Assembly: GCF_000143415.4 (NCBI RefSeq)
Contig: NW_003314359.1
Location: 405,477 to 469,476, forward strand
DNA: 64,000 nucleotides
From: Selaginella moellendorffii
Taxonomy: Eukaryota; Plantae; Lycopodiophyta
Reading direction: 5' to 3'
Shown: positions 1 through 10,580 of the stretch, in pieces
Layout: the number at the start of each line of letters is the position of its first letter
Position numbering within the stretch: position 1 is the first letter of the stretch
Notes under the pieces: generated by a model
The model's input: only the letters and a program-made list of their open reading frames with translations
The model's database searches: none
What the model was told of the DNA's origin: nothing
Program-made: the position numbers and the translations under genes

Positions 1-728
1 TCCAAGTGTGGGTGGCACTACCTACTTGGATACCAGGCGTGGCTCAACGGAACCTCGCTCTAAGCCCATGGCTAGAGCACCTAAAGGTGAAAGGCGGGGA
101 GAGTACCCAGGTGGCTCGCGTAAGGCCACGGTGTTCCGAAATGTTGTCCCAAAGGCCTAGACTGTGGAAAGGAAGAGGAGCAGTCCTCTGGGGTAGTGAC
201 CAAGAACACAGTCGTGTGGTGAGGAAGTCCCAGAGGACCATGGGACTTAGTGGTCGGGCCTGTGGGCCTCGATCAAGTGACAGTGTTGGCAAACACGGCT
301 AGGGGCAGAAAGGGACTTGGTAGGAACTGACAAAAGGACTTTGGGGAAGGCGATTCCCCAGGTCTGTGGGCATCCTAAGGATGCTAAGGAGTGGATCTAG
401 GATGACCACTCGTGGACAGATGGCCCAGTCTTGGGGAGACGGGATGGTGATGCAAGTGGTATTGGACCACTAGTGCAGCAAAGGTGAATGGGCATGGCCT
501 TAGCGTAATGGGCTGAGATGTCAGTGGTACCTTTGGGTGTCGGTCTTGGGACCGGACATGTGGAGCACTTGGACCAGGTGCAAGTGTTGAGTGGCATGGA
601 TGCCATTCTTGGGGCTAGCAAGTCCCAAGTCCTGAATTGGACTAATGGAGGTTGTGAATGAGACTCCTCCAAGTGGTCGGAGGTGTGGTTAAGTGACTAA
701 AGTAGAATGGAAAATTTGGTCGCTAACA
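1..728 (+). repeat. 5' LTR of element A (partial)
   Basis: Ends ...CGCTAACA directly before the PBS; near-identical to 6249-6976. Confidence 0.9.
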
Positions 729-731
729 ACT

Positions 732-743
732 TGGTATCAGAGC
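732..743 (+). promoter_or_regulatory. Primer-binding site, tRNA-iMet
   Basis: TGGTATCAGAGC, the canonical plant iMet PBS, 3 nt after the LTR end. Confidence 0.92.
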
Positions 744-3204
744 TGTTCCTTAGTCCGACTTTTATTGGTGCTCAAGTATATCACCATTGATGTTGGCATC
801 GGAAGGTCCTAGGAGTGGGCCTATCCTGGAGGAGTAGCATGTCTAGAGGACATGGCTCTCCACTCAAGTTCATGCGAGAACTTGGGCACAATGTGGTGGA
901 TAGAAAAGGGCCAATAATGGAACGGCTTTGGGATCTTGGGAACAGTATAAGGTCTCCTTAGAGAGCTGAGGATGTGATCCAAATGAGCGTTTGACGCAGC
1001 AAACGGGCTAACGTAGTTGTGATAAACAACTATAGTTGGGATCACGGGAAAGATGTAGACTCCAAAATAATAAAGGAGTCACAAGATTACCCTCATATAG
1101 TTGAGGCCGGTGCTCATAACTTTGAGACCAGAATTGATGACCATGGGAGGTCAAATATAGGAGAGGACACAAGTCCTCGAAATGGTAGCTGAGGTTACCC
1201 TTGATAAATGCTGGAACAACCCAAGGAGTTGGGGATGTACTTAGAGGATGAGTTGGTATTCTCATCACATGGACAAGTGGTCCTAAGAGGCAGAAGGTTG
1301 CCCCAAGAAAACAAATCAAGTGTCAGAGTAACACTTGCAAAGATGGTCCTTGTGAGTAGGACCTGAATACAATAAGTTGTATTCCAGTGAGCTGGCACCT
1401 CAAAGGTAGGACCTCATGGGTCGTCGGATGACAAAGTCCAAAAAGCTGGATGACTCCAATAGAGTCAAGGAATAATCCTAAAGGATTGATGGAAGCATTT
1501 GGACTGAGGTGTGTGGTACTCCACGAAGGATGGGGGGGATCTTAGGATCCAAGGATGAGAACAGAGGGTATCTCATCAATGGCAAAATGTGCCATGCTAA
1601 AGTCGTGGGAAGAGTGTTCCCAAAAGAAAACAACTTTGAAACAAAGTTGTGTGTGACCTCTATAATGCAGTGCTAACGGATGGTTGGCATGAGAAAGAGT
1701 GGTATTAGTCTTGGCAAAGACTTAGACACAAAGAAGAAGTGTCATAGAGGTAGGCTCGTGGAGCCAATAGTGTGGAGACACCAAACGTGCCAAGGTGTGA
1801 TACCTTGAGGCTATGTTGGTAGGTTCATGAGAACCCCTTGCCAAAGGAATCCTAATGGAAATGGGAATGGCATAGCCTAAGTTGCAGAGCATGCAGTTGG
1901 AGTGTGGTGACCCAGATAATGATGGAGGTGTGGAAGCACCAGTAATGAGTTGTAGGACTTGACAACTATGAGGCAACTAATCAAGAGGTGCAAAATAATT
2001 GGTTAAACGGGTAGAAGGTAGCTACCCAAGCCTTCTTAATGGCATAAGGAAGTTGGATATACCCTTACGAGGGATAAGTTGCTTATGTTGCGATATAGTA
2101 AGTCACTGTCATGAAAGGAAATACTCATTGTCAAGGAAGCTGTCATTGGGACACTCGAACACTCTAGAACCCCAGGAGGTGGTGTTTGATGTCGCGAGGG
2201 CAATAGATAAAGCCCAAGGGACTAAGTCCCTAGCGAATGATGGATAGAAGGTGCTATCCAAATGTCCAAAGTGGCAAAGATAGGAGAAGACTGTCTACTC
2301 GAATTGGACAAAGCCAAAAATGGAATTTTGGCAAGGCTAGCGATGGGCATGTAAAGGCCCATAAGCAACAACGTAATCTCGGTGTGTGGGATTATAGGGT
2401 GAGCATACCTAGATTGAGGAACCACTCCCTAGGCTATCGGGTAGGTTCATCCCTAAGAATACTTGCTAAGGCATGATAGAAAGTGCAAAGCTATCCTCTT
2501 GGTCTGGAGGAGAATGACCAAAGGAAAGGTGTGAAGCCAAAAGCAAGAAGTAAGGGGGTAGAACCGAACCATAAGAATCGAAGGGCATAACCAAGGTTGG
2601 TTATGCCAGCTGGGAGTGGAGAATCAAGTGGGGGCTCGAGGGTGTTGCCGCTAGCAACCGTGATGCCATGGAGAGTCTAAAATATGGAATTGTCCATGTT
2701 AGACTATATGATAATTGGAAAGCTTGCAAAAAGGGAGGCCTTAGCAAGCTAAAGGATAGAGTTCCTTCAAGGTTCCCAAAGATGATTCTAGGTAGCTTAG
2801 TACCTAGAAAGGCCAAGCGTAAATGGTTCAAGGAACGCGCGAAATCAGAGTGGCACAGCAGAAGCGTGGTCTTGAAGCTTGCCATGAGGCAAGGCTATCA
2901 AGGTTAGGGAAGTAGTTCCCAAGTGTTCAAAGAGAGGGCTTTGAATGAAAGTCGATGATCAAGGGCTTTCACGCTTGTGCAGGAACCATGTTACAGTGGT
3001 CGGAGGGCTTGCCAAAGCGAGATTGGCAAGTCAGGGGAACAAATACCCTAGTTGAAGGTGATAACTTCAAAAGGGGTGGGCCATGGGGCCAAGCATGGAG
3101 GAGTCCATGCATGATCATAGACTTGTCAAGTGAGAGGACTTGGCAGTGTGGAGGAATTAGGTTCCTAAACTGTGATCTGTAGCGCGCTTTGAGTATAAGT
3201 TGGT

Positions 3205-3430
3205 GCACCGGCGTGGGGAGTCACGCCAGGCATCCTGGGTGATGCCATCCGTAGATGCATATACGGAGGTTGGGTTTGAGTCCCGACCCTCTAGTTCTTG
3301 GGTTCGAGTCCCAATTCACTAGGGCGTGGTGATGGTTTGGAATATGAGGACACTCATTTTTCAGTGGTCATGGACTCTCAGTGTGGAGACTGGTTTGGGC
3401 ACACCGCCAAGCGAGGGATGCCTCGGAGTC
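3205..3430 (+). other. Conserved structured RNA element with two tRNA T-loop-like hairpins (copy in A)
   Basis: Back-to-back stems TCCGTA/TACGGA, GGTTGGG-TTTGAGT-CCCGACC and CTCTAG..TTGGG-TTCGAGT-CCCAA..CTAGGG; homologous to 24220-24450. Confidence 0.65.
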
Positions 3431-5067
3431 GTGATGCACGGTTAGATTGCGTAGAGTGAAAGCTCGGCATATCTAACTTGAACACTTTGGTGCAAAAGGC
3501 ACCAAGGACGTGGTGAATGAGATGGGGACACCCAATCTCAGTTGCTATGGATCCTTGGCCGGAAGGGCTAGCTTGGGCGCACCGCCAAGTGTGGGGGATG
3601 CCCTCGGGGTCATAGTCAACAACTTAGTAAGGTCTAGAAGACCTAGTCCCTATTGGTAGACCTATTAAGGGGTCAAGATGAGATCACTAGGTGATCTTGT
3701 GGCTAAATAAGGACAAGGTCTTTATTTGGGTTAAAGGATATGATTCCTAGTTCAAAGTGTTGATTTGAACTACTGATAATGGTGTGGCTTAGTCAAGGTG
3801 ACCAAGTGGGAAGAGCACCTATGGGAAATGAGCTATGTCACGGCTATGGCATAGTAAGTCCGAGGAAAGTGGCCTCTATGGAAGATCCAAGGGAGGGTCT
3901 CAAAAGTTGGGCCATGGATAGAGCCCATAGCAGGAAATGCTAAAGTGACGTACTAAGGGTGAGCACCCTTTGGACTTGGCAAAGTAAAGTCTTTGCTATA
4001 GAATCAAGAGGATACCTCGAGAATGGAGGTAATGATCCGATGTTGTTAAGTACAATAATCAAGGATAGGAACAAAAGACTAATGGCTAAGAAAAGAGCCA
4101 TGGGAATCATGGGAAAGAAACCAAATGGCAAAGTTAGGCCAAGAACACTAACGTGTTGGGTGCTAACGGATTGTGGGAAGGGAAGTGGACTTCCAAGGAT
4201 GGATTCCCAAGTGCTCCAATTAGGCAAAGGAAAGGCTCCAAGTGAGGGAGCAACTAAGTAGCCAAAAGATAGGGCCGTGGATAGCCCTAGCACAAATAAT
4301 GATAAATGGAACGTAATGCCAGTGGTGGCACAAAAATAGAAAAGAGGATGAGAGTGCCCTCGAGTAGAGAACTTCTTAGGAGGGGAAGTGGAGTTGCACA
4401 AAATGTGCAAGGCAAGGTGTCAGAAACACCTAGGAAATTGACTCCAAAAAGTCAAGAGTGAACATTCCAAAGTGCAAAGGTAGATCAATGGAATCTGTGA
4501 CTACTCAAGAATGAGTGGTGGAATTGAGTTAGAGAGGGTGTCTCTAACGGGTTTAGTGAGAACTGAACCAATAAAAAGGAGCAAACCACCCTAGGTGGTC
4601 AAGTGAGTCTCTAAGTTGGAGACACTATCCTCCTTAGAGGATGGGCAAGGCATGGTGAGCCTTTGGTGTCAAACCATTGACGAATATGGAGAAGGCATGG
4701 TAAGCCTTCAATGTCAAACCATTGACAAATATTGGCTAGGTGCCAAGGATGAAAATGGTAACACATGCGGGTGTTACTTTATAAAATGGTTTACCGTTCG
4801 ATGAGGACATTGAACTTCGTCTATGGGTGGTGGAGTTGTGAGACACAAAATCCCTAGGCCCCAAAGTGGAGCTGGAAAGGGTGCCACGTGGTAGTGGCCG
4901 AAGCAAAAGCCAAACGAGCGTAACACGTTTGAACTAAAAGCTCCGACTTGGAAGGTCGAGAGCGGGAGTGGAACTCCGAACAAAGTGCTCGAGGAACAAG
5001 CATGAAGCGAGCAATAAGTGAGGCTCCAAAAAGGGACCCAAAAAGGACCAACACATGACACGTGGAA

Positions 5068-5692
5068 ATGTCCGAGATGGAGTCCAAGACGGACCCTAGT
5101 TGGAGTCCGAGATGGACCCGAAGTGGAGTCCGATATGGAGTCCGAAGTGGAGTCCGAGATGGAGTCCGATATGGAGCCCGAGATGGACCCGAAGTGGAGT
5201 CCGAGGTGGACAAAGACGGAGTCCGAGATGGACCCGAGATGGAGTCCGATATGGAGTCTGAGGTGGACCGAGACGGAGTCCAAGATGGACCCGAGATGGA
5301 GTCCGAGATGGAGTCCGAGATGGACCCGAGATGGAGTCCGAGGTGGAGTCCGAGGTGGACCGAGACGGAGTCCGAGATGGACCCAAGATGGAGTCCGAGA
5401 TGGACCGAGACGGAGTCCGAGATGGAGTCCGAGATGAAGTCCAAGATGGAGTCTGAGATGGACCGAGATGGAGTCCGAGATGGAGTCCGAGATGGAGTCC
5501 GAGAAGGACCCGAGATGGAGTCCGAGGTCGAGACCGAGACCGAGACCGAGACCGGGACCAAGACTGGGACCGAGACCGAGACCGAGGCCAAGGCTGAGAC
5601 CGAGCCCGAGCCCGAGTCTGAGTCCGAGTCCGAGTCCGAGTCCGAGTCCGAGTCCGAGTCCGAGTCCGAGTCCAAGTCCGAGTTCGAGTCTG
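5068..5692. repeat. LTR-internal tandem repeat (GATGGAGTCCGA 12-mers grading into CCGAGA and CCGAGT hexamers)
   Basis: Visible directly; produces spurious SD/ES/LG-repeat ORFs. Confidence 0.95.
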
Positions 5693-6022
5693 AGAGGGTG
5701 AAAGCCCAAAGCGTTCGTCTCCTAGACCCTGGGGGGTTTGGTGAGCTCCAAAAGTATAGTAAGGGGGAGGACTGCAGTGGAGCCAGTTTGGCCAGAAAAG
5801 GCCAGTTTGGCCCAGGAAGGCCAGACCCAGTGTTGGGTGATGAACAGACCACTGGGAAGTCCAAGACTAGAGTGAATACGGACCGACAAGCGGGGTAGCT
5901 TGGTGAAGTGTTCAAGAGCCGGCTCTAGTTCCCCCGGGAGATCGACTGGCCGATGCTCCCAGTCCAAGTGTGGGTGGCACTACCTACTTGGATACCTGGT
6001 GTGGCTCAACGGAACCCTGCTC

Positions 6023-6122
6023 NNNNNNNNNNNNNNNNNNNNNNNNNNNNNNNNNNNNNNNNNNNNNNNNNNNNNNNNNNNNNNNNNNNNNNNNNNNNNN
6101 NNNNNNNNNNNNNNNNNNNNNN
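6023..6122. other. Scaffold gap (100 N)
   Basis: N run; ~5837-6022 is repeated at ~6123-6308. Confidence 0.95.
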
Positions 6123-6976
6123 GGTGATGAACAGACACTGGGAAGTCCAAGACTAGAGTGAATACGGACCGACAAGCGGGGTAGCTTGGTGAAGTGTTCA
6201 AGAGCCGGCTCTAGTTCCCCCGGGAGATCGACTGGCCGATGCTCCCAGTCCAAGTGTGGGTGGCACTACCTACTTGGATACCAGGCGTGGCTCAACGGAA
6301 CCTCGCTCTAAGCCCATGGCTAGAGCACCTAAAGGTGAAAGGCGGGGAGAGTACCCAGGTGGCTCGCGTAAGGCCACGGTGTTCCGAAATGTTGTCCCAA
6401 AGGCCTAGACTGTGGAAAGGAAGAGGAGCAGTCCTCTGGGGTAGTGACCAAGGACACAGTCGTGTGGTGAGGAAGTCCCAGAGGACCATGGGACTTAGTG
6501 GTCGGGCCTATGGGCCTCGATCAAGTGACAGTGTTGGCAAACACGGCTAGGGGCAGAAAGGGACTTGGTAGGAACTGACAAAGGGACTTTGGGGAAGGCG
6601 ATTCCCCAGGTCTATGGGCATCCTAAGGATGCTAAGGAGTGGATCTAGGATGACCACTCGTGGACAGATGGCCCAGTCTTGGGGAGACGGGATGGTGATG
6701 CAAGTGGTATTGGACCACTAGTGCAGCAAAGGTGAATGGGCATGGCCTTAGCGTAATGGGCTGAGATGTCAGTGGTACCTTTGGGTGTCGGTCTTGGGAC
6801 CGGACACGTGGAGCACTTGGACCAGGTGCAAGTGTTGAGTGGCATGGATGCCATTCTTGGGGCTAGCAAGTCCCAAGTCCTGAATTGGACTGATGGAGGT
6901 TGTGAATGAGACTCCTCCAAGTGGTCGGAGGTGTGGTTAAGCGACTAAAGTAGAATAGAAAATTTGGTCGCTTACA

Positions 6977-9900
6977 CTATGCTACAGAGTTCCAACTCCT
7001 TGCCTTAGACACTCAGTGGGATGAGTGGGCCTTGATTGATCAATTTTGTTTTGGCCTCAACAACGGTGTCAAGGATTTGTTGCTCACCATGGAGGATCTT
7101 ATGGACTTGTCGGATGCCATCAACAAAGCTGTTCGATGCAACAATCGTCTCTTTGAACGTCATCAGGAAAGTCGCCACGCCACTGTTTTCCCGTCCCAGA
7201 CTCAGGAATCCTAGCTTGAGTTTTCAGGGCATACTCCTGAACCTACTACTCCGGTCCCGATGGATATTTCTGGTACTCCCCGACTCATCAGAGGGAAGTT
7301 GAGTCCTGCTGAGAAGCAACATTGAATATCTCATAATCTTTGAATCTACTGTGCTAATCCTAATTACAAAGTAGTTGTGTGTCCCAAGAAGCCTCCCCAA
7401 CTGCTCGAGTTCACTCTGCCTCAAAGTCCACCTCTGTTGCAGTCGGGAAACGACCCTATCCAAACAGAGTAGGAGCTGTCTGTTTGGACTCCCCGAATAA
7501 AAATCACTTTTCTTCAAGCTCCTCACCATCTTTCATCAAAGCCACCACCAATTCCCGCAATTTCCACGTCCCATGTCTCCTTTCTTTCACCGGACAATCA
7601 GGACTCAAGGCTCTGGCGCTATTGGACTCGGGTGCAACTTCTTGCTTCATGGACACGGACTTTGCTGCCCGACATCACGTTCCTCTTTCTCCTACCATAC
7701 GGGATCTGAGGGTTGAAGGCATCGGCAGGAATTTTGTGTCTCCCTCTTCTGGACTTAGGGAAACGTTTCCCGTTCGAGTACACATCGGTCCACCGTCACC
7801 GATATCGCCTTCAACATCATCAACAGCAAGTCCTCCTCTATAGTGCTTGGCCTCCCTTGGTTCCAACTACATCAGCCTCAGATCTGTTGGAAGGAATTAC
7901 AGCTCATCTGTCCCATATCACCATCTCCCACGGCTTCCCCTGCTGTTCATCGAGTCCGAATCAGGAAAAGTTCCCTAAACTCAAATCAAGGTTCTATTCC
8001 TGACTCTACGAAGTTTTCACCCTCTTCTTTTTCCTTTCTTCCATCTTACACTAGACAGTATCCTCATCTCATCATTCCATTTAGTTGTACACCTCCTCCT
8101 ATCTCCACAATCACTATGTAAGAACTTCTTCATGAAAAACCTATTTTCCTTTTTGCTTTGCATGTTTCTCCTGTCAGTCTTTTTGAGAAGTATCATGATT
8201 TTGGGGATGTGTTTGACAAGAAAAAAGCTAGTGTACTGCCATTTCATCGGCCTTATGACTGTCCCATTGATTTACAGGAAGGAGCATCACCTCCGTAGGG
8301 GCATATCTACAAGTTATCCCCGTCCGAGCTTCAGGCCCTCAAAGAATACGTGGATGAGAACCTTGCCTCGGGGTACATTCAGCATTCGCAGTCCCCGGCT
8401 AGAGCGCCTGTCTTCTTTGTCAAGAAGAAGGATGGGAGTTTGCGCCTGGTCATCGACTACCAAGGTTTGAACAAGGTGACTGTTCGGAACTGTTATCCAC
8501 TGCCCCTGATCAGACCTGTTGGAACGCCTTGGCGATGCCCGCTTCTTCACTAAGATCGACCTCCGTGGAGCATACAACCTGATCCGGATCCGGCCTGGTG
8601 ATGAATGGAAGACTGCGTTCCGAACCCGCTATGGCCACTTCAAGTACACTGTCATGCCATTTGGCTTGACAAATGCTCTAGCAGTTTTCCAACACATGGC
8701 AAACGACGTCTTTTGGGAGTTTCTTGATTAGATGGTGATCGTCTACCTCGATGACATCCTCATCTACTCAAAAACTCAGGAGGAGCACGACGAGCATGTG
8801 CGCAAGGTGCTGGCAAAGCTGCGAGAACACGGCCTATACGCGAAGCTTGAGAAATGTTCCTTCGATCAGGAGTCTATGGAGTTCCTTGGGTACATTGTCA
8901 CTCCTGAGGGTATCACGATGGATCTTGCCAAAGTCAAGATTATTCTCGAATGGGAGCCTCCACAATCAATGTCAGACGTTCAGGTTTTCCTTGGCTTCAC
9001 CAACTTCTACCACAAATTCATTGATCACTACTCTGACATTGTCCTTCCTCTCACGCATCTCACTTACAAGGATGTTCCCTTCTCTTGGTCTGCTGTTGCC
9101 CAGCAAGCCTTCGACACACTCAAGGGAGCCTTCAGTTCTGCTCCTATCTTAATCCATGCTGATCCCTCACAACCTTTCTTCATCGAGGCTGACGCCACCA
9201 ACTTTGCCATTGGTGCTGTGCTGTCTCAACTCGGAGCAAATTAAGAATTTCATCCGGTCGCCTTCCATTCTCGGAAATTCTAGCCAAAATCCCCGATTCA
9301 ATCTCTCACTTCCTTCTCCATCTAAATCCTCTCATTCTAATCCTGATCTGAGACATTTGTCTCCAACCTTCAGGAAATCCATAACTCCATCTCCTCCCAC
9401 CTCCATCGTGCTCAGGATTCTCACAAAACATTTGCCAATGTCCATTGTCAGGATTGTCCCCCTTACAATATCGGGGATAAAGTCTGGCTCCTCAAGCGAA
9501 ATATCTCCACCACCAGGCCATGTCCCAAACTTGATTTCAAATGCCTCGGTCCTTTCACTATCACTACTATCATTAATCTTGTCACTTATCGCCTTGCACT
9601 TCCCTCCTCATATCAAATTCACCCCGTTTTTCACTCCTCTCTCCTTGAGCCTTATATTCCCAGTCCTATTCCAAATCGGGTCATTCCTCTGCCTCCACCC
9701 GTGCAGCTTGAGAATGGGTCTGAGTACGAGGTTCAGGACATCCTTGATTCCAAGATCTCACGATCTAAACTCTACTATCTAGTCGACTGGAAGGGTAATG
9801 GACCTGAAGAATGCACTTGGGAACCTGCGGACAACCTGATTCATTCTTCTAACTTTGTTCAGGACTTCCACCGCCACTATCCTTCTCGTCCCAGTCCTCA

Positions 9901-10205
9901 TTCTTTTTCTCCATCTCCCGTCCCTCGCCACCCATCTCATCCCCCTCCTCGTTCTCATTCACGTCCTCGTTCCACTCGTTCTTGAGGAGCGGGTGCTATT
10001 AGGAATCCCCCAATTCCTGCTACATTCCCGACTCTCGATTTCTCGTACGATTCCTAAGTCTCAAGCCACATTTCTGATGATGATGTGGTGCCTCCTCAAC
10101 CTCAACTATATTTGGGCCGTCCTCAATCCAAGAGTGGTGGAGCTTCATCAACCTATAGTATATATAGGTTAGTGTTGTTCCATTTCTCCACAATTTGAAT
10201 CAACA
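6977..10205 (+). mobile_element. Element D: degenerate Tcn1-like chromovirus (gag C-terminus, protease, RT, partial RNase H, integrase C-terminus, chromodomain, probable 3' LTR)
   Basis: LLDSGATSCF protease; [30 protein letters not shown] and VYLDD RT; EADATNFAIGAVL RNase H; EYEVQDILDSK..YYLVDWKG..TWEP chromodomain. Contains stops and frameshifts. PPT-like GAGGAGCGGG near 9984; LTR limits ~9997-10205 are tentative. Confidence 0.85.
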
Positions 10206-10295
10206 CCAATCTAAGGCCTCTTCTTCATTATTCACTAGCTTTTCTCTTTGTCTTTTGCATTTTCCAATCTTGATCTTGTTGGGGGTCTTGACAGT

Positions 10296-10580
10296 TGGAG
10301 GGGGCGGGCCATCAAACAATGGTCTGGACGGATCACAAAAACCTTGAATACTTTGCCACTTCTCGAGTTTTAAGCCGTTGTCAAGCAAGGTGGGCACAAT
10401 TCTTGAGTCAGTTTGACTTTGTTATCAAGTACAGACCTGGAAAGTTTTAAGGCCTTTCTGATCGCATCCATCAAGGAGGAGTCCACCTTGCTTGATGATG
10501 GCTCAAAACTCGGGAAGTGGCAAAGTACTCAAGATTTTTGTGATCCGTTCAAACCGTTGTTTGATGGCCTGCCCCCTCCA
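10296..10580. repeat. 99-bp inverted repeat (arms 10296-10394 and 10482-10580) made of a Gypsy RNase H fragment
   Basis: Arms are reverse-complementary with 12 mismatches, all transitions. The left arm and loop translate as [50 protein letters not shown]. Confidence 0.92.

Larger units (their letters stand above)
1..6976 (+). mobile_element. Element A: non-autonomous Ty3/Gypsy LTR retrotransposon (5' end outside window), inserted into gag of element D
   Basis: Bases 1-728 match 6249-6976 with about 9 substitutions. PBS TGGTATCAGAGC at 732-743, purine-rich GGGTGGTGGAG before TG at 4837, and no intact gag/pol ORF in 744-4836. Gag-like coding of D resumes at 6977. Confidence 0.85.
4837..6976 (+). 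repeat. 3' LTR of element A (length inflated by the assembly gap and overlap)
   Basis: Starts TG after the PPT and ends CTTACA; contains the hexamer/12-mer repeat and a 100-N gap. Confidence 0.85.

Noticed and set aside
3268-3324. tRNA gene
   Set aside because: Only T-arm-like hairpins are present; no acceptor, D or anticodon arms and no A-box at the right spacing.
5696-5730. AAGCCCAAAGCGTT similarity to the pistol ribozyme core; possible retrozyme hammerhead in the LTRs
   Set aside because: No P1/pseudoknot architecture could be built, and no CTGANGA-stem-GAAA hammerhead core was found by eye.
4774-5915. Long ORFs with SD/ES/LG/SPRW repeats resembling bacterial Sdr adhesins
   Set aside because: They arise from a stop-free hexamer repeat inside an LTR that is open in nearly every frame; the same occurs at 18197-18523 and 24603-25017.
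5837-6308. Apparent ~185-bp tandem duplication around the N run
   Set aside because: It flanks a 100-N gap and the mismatches cluster at contig ends, so it is most likely an unmerged overlap.
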